A model generated the notes under the pieces. That model made no database searches, was not told where the DNA came from, and saw only the letters and a list, made by a program, of their open reading frames with translations. A stretch of DNA of 64,000 nucleotides from contig CAVPCT010000003.1 of NCBI GenBank assembly GCA_963702475.1, forward strand, positions 1,073,819-1,137,818, written 5' to 3'. Source of the DNA: an uncultured Thermoleophilia bacterium. Lineage in GTDB: Bacteria; Actinomycetota; Thermoleophilia; UBA2241. Positions 38,479-48,112 of the stretch are shown piece after piece. The first letter of the stretch is position 1. Every line of letters begins with the position of its first letter. The position numbers were made by a program, and so were the translations under genes.

Positions 38479-39755
38479 CGGGATCCCTCCGCGCTCCGCG
38501 CGTCGCTCTCCAGCAACTGCGCGGCCTCGTGTACGTCCTTGTCGCCGCGCCCGGACAGGTTGACGATGACCAGGTCGCCCTCGGCGAAGCGCGTCTTTGC
38601 CGGGTCGAGCTCCTCGTTCTGACCGTCGATGGTGAAGCGCCCCGTGGCCGACGGCGACGGGGCGGTGGCCGGCGAGGCGCTGGGCCCGCGCAGCACGTAC
38701 GCCACCGCGTGGGCGCTCTCCAACGCCGGGATGATGCCTTCGAGCTCCGCGAGCATGCGGAAGGCGGCCAGCGCCTCGGCGTCGGTGGCGGCCGCGTAGC
38801 GGGCCCGGCCGGAGTCCTTGAGCCACGAGTGCTCCGGCCCCACGCCCGGGTAGTCGAGGCCGGCCGACACGGAGTGGGCCTCGGCCACCTGGCCCCAGGC
38901 ATCCTGCAGAAGGTAGCTGTACGAGCCGTGCAGCACGCCGGGCTTGCCGGCCGCGAGCGGCGCGCCGTGTCTGCCCTGCAGCCCCTCGCCCGCCGCCTCC
39001 ACGCCCGTCAGCCTCACCGGCAGGTGGCGGAAGGCGTGGAAGATGCCCATGGCGTTGGAGCCGCCGCCCACACAGGCCACGACCTCGTCGGGCAGGTGCC
39101 CGTAGCGCTCGCGCACCTGGGAGATGGCTTCGGCGCCGATGACCGCCTGGAAATCCCGCACCATGGCCGGGTACGGCGCCGGGCCGGCCACCGAGCCGAT
39201 GCAGTAGAACGTGTGGGCGACGTTGGTCACCCAGTCGCGAAGGGCCTCGTTCATGGCGTCCTTCAGGGTGCGGGACCCGCTCTCCACCGGGATGACGGTG
39301 GCGCCGAGCAGGCGCATGCGGACCACGTTGAGCTCCTGCCTGCGCACGTCCTCGCTGCCCATGTACACGGCGCACTCGAGACCCAGGAGCGCGCAGGCCG
39401 TGGCCGTGGCCACGCCGTGCTGACCGGCGCCCGTCTCCGCGATGACGCGCGTCTTGCCCATGCGCCTGGCGAGGAGCGCCTGGCCGAGGACGTTGTTGAT
39501 CTTGTGCGCGCCGGTGTGGCAGAGGTCCTCGCGCTTGAGCAGGACGGTCGCGCCGCAGCGCTCACTCAGGCGCGGCGCGCGGTACAGCGGAGTGGGCCGG
39601 CCGGCGTAGTCGGTGAGCAGGCGCGTGAGCTCGGCCTGGAAAGCGTTCTCGCCGCGTGCCTCCTCATAGGCCGCCGCCAGCTCGTCGAGCGCCGGGATGA
39701 GCGTCTCGGGCACGTAGCGGCCCCCGTAGGGCCCGAATCTGGTCTCGACCGTCAT
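38475..39755 (-). CDS. trpB: Tryptophan synthase beta chain
   Basis: [42 protein letters not shown]. Confidence 0.97.
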   Translation of the reverse strand: MTVETRFGPYGGRYVPETLIPALDELAAAYEEARGENAFQAELTRLLTDYAGRPTPLYRAPRLSERCGATVLLKREDLCHTGAHKINNVLGQALLARRMGKTRVIAETGAGQHGVATATACALLGLECAVYMGSEDVRRQELNVVRMRLLGATVIPVESGSRTLKDAMNEALRDWVTNVAHTFYCIGSVAGPAPYPAMVRDFQAVIGAEAISQVRERYGHLPDEVVACVGGGSNAMGIFHAFRHLPVRLTGVEAAGEGLQGRHGAPLAAGKPGVLHGSYSYLLQDAWGQVAEAHSVSAGLDYPGVGPEHSWLKDSGRARYAAATDAEALAAFRMLAELEGIIPALESAHAVAYVLRGPSASPATAPSPSATGRFTIDGQNEELDPAKTRFAEGDLVIVNLSGRGDKDVHEAAQLLESDARSAEGSR

Positions 39756-40387
39756 GAAGCGGCACCTCCGGTGTGGTCGGCGGCCGCGACGGCCCCGAAG
39801 AACGAGCGCATCAGTCTACGCTCTTTGACGCCCGGCGTGCGCTCGATGCCACTGCTCACGTCCACGGCGAACGGGTGCAGCAGGTGGATGGCGCCGTCGA
39901 CGTTGGACGGCTTGAGCCCGCCGGCGAGGACGAGGCGCTCGCGGGGCAGCTTCGCGGCCGCCAGCGCCTTCCAATCGAGCGTGTAGCCGGTGCCGCCGTA
40001 CTGGTCGGGCCTGCGTGCGTCCAGCTGCAGCAGGTCCGCGCCGGCGGCACCGGCGGTGTCGGCGGCGGCGATGAGGCGCGGCCGCAGGCCGCGCCTCTCC
40101 AGCGCCGCCCGCACTTCCGGCACCGACGGGCCGTCCTCGCCGGCCGACAGCTGCACCGCGCCGAACCCGCCCTGCTCCACGGCCGCGGCGATCCACTCGG
40201 GGGTCTCCGTGGTGACCACGGCGACGGCCAGCGACTCCTCCGTCAGGGGGGTGAACTCGGCGGCGCGTGCCGCATCGATGTGGCGCGGGCCGCGAGAGAT
40301 GACGAAGCCGCAGGCCCATGCCCCGCAGGAGACCGCGAGCCGCACGTCGGCCTCCCGCGTGAGGCCGCAGATCTTGATGTGCGTCAC
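39752..40387 (-). CDS. trpF: Phosphoribosylanthranilate isomerase
   Basis: [25 protein letters not shown]. Confidence 0.92.
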   Translation of the reverse strand: MTHIKICGLTREADVRLAVSCGAWACGFVISRGPRHIDAARAAEFTPLTEESLAVAVVTTETPEWIAAAVEQGGFGAVQLSAGEDGPSVPEVRAALERRGLRPRLIAAADTAGAAGADLLQLDARRPDQYGGTGYTLDWKALAAAKLPRERLVLAGGLKPSNVDGAIHLLHPFAVDVSSGIERTPGVKERRLMRSFFGAVAAADHTGGAAS

Positions 40388-41205
40388 GCGGCGCCGTCCG
40401 GTCCCACGCAGCGGAGCGCCGCGACGGCGCCGGCCAGGCGGTCGTGCGGCGTGCTGACCAGCGCCTCGCCCACGAGGATCGCCTGGGCGCCGGCGTCGCG
40501 CACGCGTCTCGCCTCTCCCGGCGAGTGGATGCCGCTCTCGCTCACGAAGATGACGCAGCGCCCTATGATGGCGCCGAGCTCCTCGCTGACGGCCAGATCG
40601 ACGTCCAGCGTGCGCAGGTCGCGGTTGTTCACGCCGATGATGGAGGCGCCCACTGCGTAGGCGCGCTCGAGGTCGTCGGCAGTGTGAACTTCGACGAGGG
40701 CGTCGAGGCCGCAGTCGTGACACTCGTGCAGCAGGGCGCGCAGAGAACCTGCCGGGAGGGCGGCCGCGATGAGCAGCACGGCCGCCGCACCTGCGTCCGC
40801 GGCCTCCCAGACCTGGTACGGGTCGACGATGAAGTCCTTGCGCAGCACGGGGATCCGGACCGCTGTCGCGACGGCGCGAAGGTCGTCCATGGAGCCGCCG
40901 AAGCGGAACGGCTCGGTGAGCACCGAGACGGCGTCGGCGCCGGCGGCCTCGTAGGCCATGGCCTGCTTGACGGCGTCGAGTTCCGGGGCGATGTCACCCT
41001 TGCTGGGCGAGCGGCGCTTGACCTCGGCGATGATCGCCAGCGGCTCGGGCCGCATGGCCGCGCGGGCGTCTTCGGAGGGCGCGGCGAGCGCGTTGCGGAA
41101 ACGCCGCGGCTGGGGCGGGTCCGCGGGCGGCCACAGCGGGCGCTCTGTGCGCGCCGCCTCCGCCCGCTGCGCCGAGCTCTGGATCATCTCGAAGAGGAAG
41201 TCCAT
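40384..41205 (-). CDS. trpC: Indole-3-glycerol phosphate synthase
   Basis: IAEVKRRSPSKG, LRKDF, GVNNRDL, SESGI. Confidence 0.95.
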   Translation of the reverse strand: MDFLFEMIQSSAQRAEAARTERPLWPPADPPQPRRFRNALAAPSEDARAAMRPEPLAIIAEVKRRSPSKGDIAPELDAVKQAMAYEAAGADAVSVLTEPFRFGGSMDDLRAVATAVRIPVLRKDFIVDPYQVWEAADAGAAAVLLIAAALPAGSLRALLHECHDCGLDALVEVHTADDLERAYAVGASIIGVNNRDLRTLDVDLAVSEELGAIIGRCVIFVSESGIHSPGEARRVRDAGAQAILVGEALVSTPHDRLAGAVAALRCVGPDGAA

Positions 41206-42254
41206 CAGGCGGCGCTCTCCGCGTGCAGGCGCTGCGTGGCGGCGACGAGGGCGTCGAGCTTGGCGCGCGCGGCGCCGGAGGCGACGGCCGCGCGCGCCTT
41301 CTCCACGCCCTCGGCGATGCTGCCCGCCGCCTCGGCGATGAACAGCGCCGCCCCGGCGTTGAGCAGCACGATGTCCAGCCGCGGGCCGGGCACGCCGTCC
41401 AGCACGTCACGCACGTGGCCGGCGTTCTCGGCGGCGTCGCCGCCGGCCAGGTCCTCCAAGCGCGCCCGGACGAAGCCGAACTCCTCGGGCGAGACCTCGT
41501 AGCGTACGTCGAAGCCCTGCCCGGCGAAGACCTCCACGACGGCCGTCGGGCAGGTGGTGGAGATCTCGTCGAGGCCGTCGGCGCTGTGCACGATGAGATT
41601 GCGCTCGTTGCCCATCATGCGCACGGCCTGGGCGATGCGCTCCACGTAGCGCGCGTCGGCCACGCCGATGAGCTGGTGGTGGGCGCCGGCCGGGTTCGTG
41701 AGCGGGCCGATGAGGTTGAAGGTGGTGGCCATGCCGAGCTCGCGGCGCACCGGGGCGACGTGCTTCATCGCGAGGTGGTGGCGCGGCGCGAACATGAAGC
41801 CGATGCCCGCCTCGCGGATGCAGGCGCTCACCTGCGCGGGGGCGATGTCGATGACCACGCCGAGCGCCTCCAGCACGTCGGCGCTGCCGCACTTGCTGGT
41901 GGCCGAGCGGTTGCCGTGCTTGGCCACCGTGACACCGGCGCCGGCGGCCACGAGGGCGGCTGCCGTGGAGATGTTGAAGGTGTGGGCGCCGTCGCCGCCG
42001 GTGCCGCAGGTGTCGAGGATGACGTCGGCGTCCACCTCGACCTTCTCGGCCAGTCCGGTCATGGCGCGCGCCATGCCGACGATCTCCTCGGCGGTCTCGC
42101 CCTTGACGCGCAGGGCGCTGAGAAAGGCGGCCGTCTGGGCTTCGCCGGCACGGCCGCCCATGATCTCCAGCAGCACGTCGCGGGCCTGCTCCTCCGTGAG
42201 GTCGTTACCGAGGGAGAGCTCCTGCAGGGCTGCGCTGAGCACGTCATTCGGCAT
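41205..42254 (-). CDS. trpD: Anthranilate phosphoribosyltransferase
   Basis: DTCGTGGDG..TFNIST, KHGNRS..SKCGSAD, GLDE. Confidence 0.96.
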   Translation of the reverse strand: MPNDVLSAALQELSLGNDLTEEQARDVLLEIMGGRAGEAQTAAFLSALRVKGETAEEIVGMARAMTGLAEKVEVDADVILDTCGTGGDGAHTFNISTAAALVAAGAGVTVAKHGNRSATSKCGSADVLEALGVVIDIAPAQVSACIREAGIGFMFAPRHHLAMKHVAPVRRELGMATTFNLIGPLTNPAGAHHQLIGVADARYVERIAQAVRMMGNERNLIVHSADGLDEISTTCPTAVVEVFAGQGFDVRYEVSPEEFGFVRARLEDLAGGDAAENAGHVRDVLDGVPGPRLDIVLLNAGAALFIAEAAGSIAEGVEKARAAVASGAARAKLDALVAATQRLHAESAA

Positions 42255-42951
42255 CGCGGCCTCCTTCGTCCGGGTCGGCCGCGGCGGCCGGGCGCTGCGC
42301 CGCGGCGGGCCGCCGCTCCACCTCGTCGCGCCCCATCACGAGGAAGTTGCGCAACAGGTCGAGCCCGACGGCGGTGAGCACGCTCTCCGGGTGGAACTGC
42401 ACGCCGTGCACCGGCAGCTCACGGTGGCGCACGCCCATCACGATGCCGTCCTGGTTCCAGGCGGTCAGCTCCAGGCACGACGGCAGGTGCTCGTCGACGA
42501 CCAGGGAGTGGTACCGGGTAGCGGTGAACGGGTCGGGCAGCCCGGCGAACACGGCGCGGCCGTCGTGGCTCATCTCGTCGGCCTTGCCGTGCACCGGGTA
42601 GCCGGCGCGGCGCACGGTGCCGCCGTACACCTGGCCGATGGCCTGGTGCCCGAGGCACACGCCGAGCACCGGCAGGTTCTCGGCTCCGAACCGCCTGATG
42701 GCGTCCATGCTGATGCCGGCCTCGTTGGGCGTGCACGGGCCGGGTGAGACCACCAGGTGCGTGGGCTTCTCGGCGGCGATCTCATCGAGGGTCGTGCGGT
42801 CGTTGCGTTTGACGATCGTGTCGGCTCCGAGCTCGCCCAGCTCCTGCACGAGGTTGTAGGTGAACGAGTCATAGTTGTCGATCATGAACACCCGCGGGGC
42901 CGGGACGACCGGCTCGCGCGGCGCGGGATCGAGGTCGGGCAGCGTGGTCAT
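42244..42951 (-). CDS. trpG: Anthranilate synthase component II (glutamine amidotransferase)
   Basis: IDNYDSFTYNL, SPGP, GVCLGHQ, RYHSL, QFHPES. Confidence 0.94.
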   Translation of the reverse strand: MTTLPDLDPAPREPVVPAPRVFMIDNYDSFTYNLVQELGELGADTIVKRNDRTTLDEIAAEKPTHLVVSPGPCTPNEAGISMDAIRRFGAENLPVLGVCLGHQAIGQVYGGTVRRAGYPVHGKADEMSHDGRAVFAGLPDPFTATRYHSLVVDEHLPSCLELTAWNQDGIVMGVRHRELPVHGVQFHPESVLTAVGLDLLRNFLVMGRDEVERRPAAAQRPAAAADPDEGGRDAE

Positions 42952-44510
42952 TGCGCGAACTCCTCGTGGGCCAGCTCGACGGCACGAAGCAGTGCCGCCG
43001 CCTTGTTGCGGGTCTCCTCGTACTCCGTGGCCGGGTCGGAGTCGGCGACGATACCGGCTCCCGCCTGCAAGTATGCCGTACCGTCCTTCACGACGACCGT
43101 TCGGATGCAGATGCAGGTGTCCAGGTCGCCGCCGTAGCTCAGGTACCCGATGGCGCCGGCGTAGGGGCCGCGGCGCACCGTCTCGAGCTCGTCGAGGATC
43201 TGCATGGCGCGGACCTTGGGAGCGCCGCTCACGGTGCCGGCGGGGAAGGCCGCCTTGAGCGCGTCGATGGGCGCGCATTCCGGCGCCAGCGTGCCGCGCA
43301 CGCTCGAGACCATGTGGATGACGTGCGAGTACAGTTCCATGCTCATGAACTCCTCGAGGCGCACGGTGCCCGGCACGCACACGCGCCCGAGGTCGTTGCG
43401 CCCGAGGTCGACGAGCATGACGTGCTCGGCGCGCTCCTTCTCGTCGGCCAGCAGGTCGGCGGTGAGCGCCTTGTCCTCGGCCGCGGTCGCACCGCGACGC
43501 CGCGTGCCGGCTATGGGGCGCGTCTCCACCTCGCCGTTCTGGACGGTGATGAGGGGCTCGGGGCTGGAACCGCAGAGGGCGAAGTCGTCGAAGGCGATGT
43601 AGTACAGGTACGGGCTCGGGTTGACCGCGCGCAGGCCGCGGTAGACGGAGAAGGGCGCGACGTCGACCGGCGTGCTGAAGCGCTGGCTGAGCACGACCTG
43701 GAAGGCGTCGCCGGCGTGGATGTACTCACGGATGCGCTCCACGCCGGACTCGTACTGCTCGCGGGTCAGCGACGACGTCACCGGGCGGGCCTGCGGCGGC
43801 CCGGCGGCGTCCGGGGCGGACGGCGCGGCGCCGCCCTCGACGTCGTCGTCCTCGGCGAGGCCGTAGGCGCTCGCCGGGAGCGGCGCGAGCAGCTTCTCCT
43901 TGACGGCCGCGATGCGCGCGACGGCCCGTTCGTACGGGCCGTCCACGTCGCGGCCCTCCACGAACGCGTTGGCGACCACCGTGATGCGGTGCTTGAGGTG
44001 GTCGAACACGAGCACGGTGTCGGCCAGCAGGAAGGCCATCTGCGGCAGGCCGAGGTCGTCCGGCGGCGCGTCGGGCAGGTCCTCCAGCCGCCGCACCAGG
44101 TCGTAGCCGAAGTAGCCGACCAGGCCGCCGGCCAGCGGGGGCAGGGCGGCGTCGCCGAGCGCCCCGGGCGCCGGCGGCCGGTAGCTGCTGATGAGGTCGG
44201 CGGCGGCCGCGAACGGGTCGGCGTGCTCGACCTCGAGGCGGTCGCCGTTCTCCTGCACCGTCAGGCGCCCGTCCCGGTAGGTCACGAGGGCGCGGGCGCC
44301 GACCCCCAGAAACGAGTAGCGGCCCAGGTGCTGCCCCTGCTCGGCGCTCTCGAGCAGGAAGGCGCGCCGCGGCGCGCCGAGCTTGAGGAACGCGGAGACG
44401 GGGGTCTCGAGGTCGGAGACGAACGAGTGGGTGATGGGCAGGACGTTATGCGCCAGTGCGAGGCGGCGCGCCTCGACTAGCTGCGGTAGTACCCGTATGT
44501 CCTTTGCCAC
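42948..44510 (-). CDS. trpE: Anthranilate synthase component I (start GTG at 44510 or 44528)
   Basis: FLLES, GRYSF, NPSPY, PIAGTRRRG, EHVMLVDLGRND, PAGTVSGAPK. Confidence 0.95.
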   Translation of the reverse strand: MAKDIRVLPQLVEARRLALAHNVLPITHSFVSDLETPVSAFLKLGAPRRAFLLESAEQGQHLGRYSFLGVGARALVTYRDGRLTVQENGDRLEVEHADPFAAAADLISSYRPPAPGALGDAALPPLAGGLVGYFGYDLVRRLEDLPDAPPDDLGLPQMAFLLADTVLVFDHLKHRITVVANAFVEGRDVDGPYERAVARIAAVKEKLLAPLPASAYGLAEDDDVEGGAAPSAPDAAGPPQARPVTSSLTREQYESGVERIREYIHAGDAFQVVLSQRFSTPVDVAPFSVYRGLRAVNPSPYLYYIAFDDFALCGSSPEPLITVQNGEVETRPIAGTRRRGATAAEDKALTADLLADEKERAEHVMLVDLGRNDLGRVCVPGTVRLEEFMSMELYSHVIHMVSSVRGTLAPECAPIDALKAAFPAGTVSGAPKVRAMQILDELETVRRGPYAGAIGYLSYGGDLDTCICIRTVVVKDGTAYLQAGAGIVADSDPATEYEETRNKAAALLRAVELAHEEFAQ

Positions 44511-44521
44511 GGGCCAACCAT
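44477..44521 (-). CDS. Candidate leader peptide MVGPWQRTYGYYRS overlapping the trpE 5' end
   Basis: GGAGG-N6-ATG; 1 Trp + 3 Tyr in 14 codons; different frame from trpE. Confidence 0.4.
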   Translation of the reverse strand: MVGPWQRTYGYYRS

Positions 44522-44586
44522 GTGACACCTCCGGGTGAGCACTGGGCCCATCATCACGTGCTGCCGTTTCGGCAGCTTGCCCGCGA

Positions 44587-44616
44587 ACCGTAGGACAGGG
44601 GGCGGGGGGCTGTCAA
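44587..44616 (-). promoter_or_regulatory. Putative trp operon promoter
   Basis: TTGACA (44616-11), 18 nt, TACGGT (44592-87). Confidence 0.6.
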
Positions 44617-44622
44617 CCTTCC

Positions 44623-45030
44623 TCAGCCGTCGGCCGCGAGGCACCAATCGTCGAGCCGCAGGCCGCTGACGCGCGCGAAGTGGGCGCGGTTGTGGGTGAC
44701 GAGTGTGAGGTTGTGCACCAGGGCGCATGCGGCGATTCCCAGGTCGAAGTCATCGAGACTCATGCCGTCGCTGTCGAGTTGGGCCTTCAGCGCGCCGAAG
44801 ACCTCGGCCGTGTCTGGCTGCAGATCCCAGACCGTGACGGCCTTCTCGAGGGCACGCACCCTGCCCAGGTTGCCGGCCACCTGCTGCGATCTGAAGGCTC
44901 CGTTGTACAGCTCCATGAGGGTGACGACGCTCACGCCCAGCTGGTCGTTGGCGTGCAGACTCAGATTGCCGAGGACCTCCGGCTTGCCCTTCAGGGCGTA
45001 GATCATGGTGTCGGTGTCGAGCAGGAACAT
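44623..45030 (-). CDS. vapC: PIN-domain VapC toxin
   Basis: FLLDTD, SVVTLMEL, DLGIAACA...LVTHN..HF.RV.GL. Confidence 0.92.
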   Translation of the reverse strand: MFLLDTDTMIYALKGKPEVLGNLSLHANDQLGVSVVTLMELYNGAFRSQQVAGNLGRVRALEKAVTVWDLQPDTAEVFGALKAQLDSDGMSLDDFDLGIAACALVHNLTLVTHNRAHFARVSGLRLDDWCLAADG

Positions 45031-45321
45031 CTACAGCGCAGGCTTGGTGCCGGCATTGCGCCGCGTTGATCTGAGATCCGCGATGATGTCGTCGGCGTCG
45101 CGCGGGTCGTCCCAGGACCCCGCCAGACCGAGGAGCCCTCGGGCTGAGGTGCCGGCGACGAGCTGATCCTCCCTGCGCGCCAGGTGCTCCTCGATGAGGT
45201 GCAACACCTCCTGACTGATGGAGCGATGGTCGGTCGCTGCCATCTGCCTGAGGCGCGCATAGAGCGCGTCGTCGATTCCCTTGATCTGCAGGATCGCCAT
45301 GACATCCTCGTTCTTGCCCAT
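45031..45321 (-). CDS. vapB: FitA/VapB-like ribbon-helix-helix antitoxin
   Basis: MAILQIKGIDDALY..L...A....RSISQEV; directly upstream of vapC. Confidence 0.85.
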   Translation of the reverse strand: MGKNEDVMAILQIKGIDDALYARLRQMAATDHRSISQEVLHLIEEHLARREDQLVAGTSARGLLGLAGSWDDPRDADDIIADLRSTRRNAGTKPAL

Positions 45322-45539
45322 GTTCCCTCGCGGTCATTCATAGTACATGCGACTTCATGAACATGCACGTGGATGAGGGCACTCCTCGCTCGTGAGCATA
45401 GGACCTGGCGCGGGCGAGGTCTGCGGGTGACATGGCCGGAAGGGGTGACGTTGGCTGCCTCAGCGGGACACAGCGCGCGCGGGGGTGACGGACGCGCCGC
45501 TCCCGGCGACCGCGTGACGGAGAAGCTGTCGAGCGCGCG

Positions 45540-45862
45540 TCGGCCCAGCTGCTGCGTGAGCGACTTCTCGTCAGCGGAGACCCTCAGGCCGGCGAGCGCC
45601 CCGTTCACGAGGACGAGTTGCGGCGGCAGGTGACCGATGTCCATGTCGTAGACGACCGGGATGTCGAGGCCGCCGAGCGCGTCCTCCAGGGCGGCCCGGG
45701 GTGTGAGCTCGCGCAGGTCCTGTGCTGCCGTGCGCCCGATCAGCAACGCGTTCGCGTGGCGGAACCACCCGGCCAAACGCAGGTGGTGGAGCATGCGGCA
45801 GTACTGGGCGGGGTCGAAGTCGCAGTTGTCGAGGTAGAACAGCAGGCCCTCCGGCGCCGCCC
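45540..45862 (-). pseudogene. C-terminal remnant of an S66 LD-carboxypeptidase
   Basis: GLLFYLD..., LRLAGWF..ANALLIGR, IPVVYDMDIGHLPPQ..LVNGA; no N-terminal catalytic domain or start codon. Confidence 0.75.
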
Positions 45863-45883
45863 GCTGAAGCCGGCGCGGCTGCG

Positions 45884-46552
45884 TCAGGAGGCGCGCCGCT
45901 CGGCGATGGCGCGACGGATGAGCCTCACGCCCTCCGCCGCGTCGTTCGCCCACAGGTCGGCGCCGGTGTGGCGGCGCATCTGCTCGTCCACGATGCCGCC
46001 GCCGATGATCACCGGCACGTCGCGGCCGAGGTCGCGTGAGACGTCGCGCAGCACGTCGACGGTGTCATTCATGCCGGCGGTGGCGACGCTGAGCAGGCCG
46101 GAGAGTCCGACGATGTCCGGCCTAAGCCGGCGTACCTGCCGCGCCACCTCGTCCGGCTGCACGTCGACGCCCAGGTCGTGCACGTCGAACCCGTAGGAGC
46201 ACAGCATCATCGCCACGAGGCTCTTGCCCAGGTCGTGGATGTCGCCGCGCACGGTGCAGAGCACGATGCTGCCCGCGTCGCTCCCGGCCGGGGCGTCCTG
46301 CAGCAACGGGCTCAGGATGAGCATGGCCTCGCGGAAGATCTCGCCCGCCATGATGAGCCCGGAGATGAAGTACTTGCCCGTCTGGTAGTGCTCCCCCACG
46401 TAGCGCATGCCGAGCTGGCACTCCTCGATGATGCTCAGCGGGTCGCCGCCGCGCGTGACGCGCGCGGTGACCGCGTCCAGCGCGCCCTGCTCGTCGAGGG
46501 CGGCGAAGCGCCCGGCCAGGGTGGCGGGGTCGATCTCGGCGACGCCGCTCAC
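45884..46552 (-). CDS. Corrinoid (B12-binding) protein #1
   Basis: Cap domain (GMRYVG..Y..GKYFISGLIMAG) + GDIHDLGK and GLSGLL; GTGA-coupled to the GntR gene. Confidence 0.9.
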   Translation of the reverse strand: MSGVAEIDPATLAGRFAALDEQGALDAVTARVTRGGDPLSIIEECQLGMRYVGEHYQTGKYFISGLIMAGEIFREAMLILSPLLQDAPAGSDAGSIVLCTVRGDIHDLGKSLVAMMLCSYGFDVHDLGVDVQPDEVARQVRRLRPDIVGLSGLLSVATAGMNDTVDVLRDVSRDLGRDVPVIIGGGIVDEQMRRHTGADLWANDAAEGVRLIRRAIAERRAS

Positions 46553-47373
46553 CGCCGGCTCCGTCGTCCGGCGCCCGTCTTGTCCGGCGCCGGCGCTCCG
46601 ACGCCGGCGCGGAACTGCAGCAGGTCGCCGCGGCAGATGAAGCAGCCCCAGCTGAGCGGCTTCTCGTCGTACCCGTAGAAGATGTGCTCGAGCACCCACG
46701 CCGGCTGCCCGGCAGGTTGCCGCAGCAGCGGCGCCTCGCCCTCGCCGAGCGACGACGCGTGCAGGATCAGCTCGCCGCGCTTGGGCCCTGCGCCGGCGCC
46801 GCCCTCGAACAGGTCGCGCAGGGCGGTGACGTCGAGCTCGGCCTCGACGATCGGTCGCGTGGGATCGTAGACGAGCGACTCGCGGTGGTAGATGAGCGGC
46901 TCGTCGCCGCGCTGCAGGATGCGGCGGATGGAGACGACCCGTGTCCCGTCGGCGACCGCCAGATTGGCCGCGGCGCGGGGGCCGGCGGGCAGCACGCGCA
47001 CCTCGATCATCCGCGCGGTCACGGCTTCGTCGGCCAGCAGATCGTGGAACTCGCTGAGGTCGAACGTCGCCGTCGCCAGACGCAGGGGCTGCACGAACGT
47101 GCCGCGGCCCCGCGTCGTGCTGACGGCGTCCTGGTCGAGCAGCATGCCGATGGCGCGCCGCACCGTCATGGGGCTGACATCGTAGGCGGCGCAGAGCTCA
47201 CCCTCGGTGGGGAGTTGGTCTCCCGCCTGGTACTGGCCGCTGGCGATGGCCCGCTTGAGGATGTTGACGAGCTGGACGTAGGCCGGTTCGTACGATGAGC
47301 GGTCGATGCCGCGACCCAGCGGGATGGGCACGATGTCCTTCGCCCTCTTCGCAGGAATCGTCACAGGCCCCAT
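46549..47373 (-). CDS. GntR (HutC/UTRA) family regulator
   Basis: PAYVQL, LPTEGEL...YDVSPMTVRRA, GRGTFV, UTRA-like C-terminus. Confidence 0.92.
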   Translation of the reverse strand: MGPVTIPAKRAKDIVPIPLGRGIDRSSYEPAYVQLVNILKRAIASGQYQAGDQLPTEGELCAAYDVSPMTVRRAIGMLLDQDAVSTTRGRGTFVQPLRLATATFDLSEFHDLLADEAVTARMIEVRVLPAGPRAAANLAVADGTRVVSIRRILQRGDEPLIYHRESLVYDPTRPIVEAELDVTALRDLFEGGAGAGPKRGELILHASSLGEGEAPLLRQPAGQPAWVLEHIFYGYDEKPLSWGCFICRGDLLQFRAGVGAPAPDKTGAGRRSRR

Positions 47374-47410
47374 CCTGCTGAGCTGTTCCCCGATCGCCTT
47401 GTCATCTCAG

Positions 47411-47428
47411 ATAATATCTATACATTAT
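47411..47428. promoter_or_regulatory. Candidate HutC-type operator in the divergent promoter region
   Basis: ATAAT-ATCTATAC-ATTAT imperfect palindrome; reverse strand contains TGTATAGA. Confidence 0.55.
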
Positions 47429-47476
47429 GTGAAGACTCGTGACAACGGGGCTCGTTGCAGCGCCAAAGGAGGAACA

Positions 47477-48112
47477 GTGACACAGGAGCTGACCCAGGCC
47501 ATCGTCGACTTCCGCGAGGCCGACGCCCTCGGCCTGGTCGACGGCCTGCTGGCGGATGGGGCCGACGCGGCCGGCATCCTCGACGACGCCAAGGCCGCGA
47601 TGGACGTGATCGGCGAGCGCTTCGCCTGCGGCGAGGCCTTCATCCCCGAGCTCATCATGGCCGGTGAGATCATGAGCCAGGTCTCGGCGAAGCTGAAGCC
47701 GAGCCTCGCCGCGGCGGCTCCCGCGGCCAGGCGCGGCACCATCGTACTGGGCACCGCGCAGGGCGACATCCACGACATCGGCAAGGACATCGTGGCGACG
47801 ATGCTCGACATCGCCGGCTTCGAGGTCGTCGACCTCGGCGTGGACGTGAAGGTGGACAGGTTCATCGCCACGGCCCGGGAGAAGGACGCGAAGATCATCG
47901 GCGTGAGCTGCCTGCTCACGAGCGCCATCGACGCGATGAAGGCGACCGTACAGGCCGCCGAGAAGGCCGGCCTGCGCGACGCCGGCGTGAGGCTCATGAT
48001 CGGCGGCGCCCCCGTCACCGAGCAGGTCGTCGCCTACACCGGCGCCGACGGCTACGGCAAGGACGCCGTTGAGGCCGTCGCGCTCGCCAAGACCTGGACG
48101 GAGGCCGAGTGA
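47477..48112 (+). CDS. Corrinoid (B12-binding) protein #2
   Basis: AGGAGG SD; FIPELIMAG, GDIHDIGK, GVSCLL, IGGAP. Confidence 0.92.
   Translation: MTQELTQAIVDFREADALGLVDGLLADGADAAGILDDAKAAMDVIGERFACGEAFIPELIMAGEIMSQVSAKLKPSLAAAAPAARRGTIVLGTAQGDIHDIGKDIVATMLDIAGFEVVDLGVDVKVDRFIATAREKDAKIIGVSCLLTSAIDAMKATVQAAEKAGLRDAGVRLMIGGAPVTEQVVAYTGADGYGKDAVEAVALAKTWTEAE

Noticed and set aside
44540-44585. c-di-GMP-I (GEMM) riboswitch-like GGGCAA..GAAA hairpin upstream of trpE
   Set aside because: The GACGCAAAG junction and second stem are absent; only a simple hairpin is supported.
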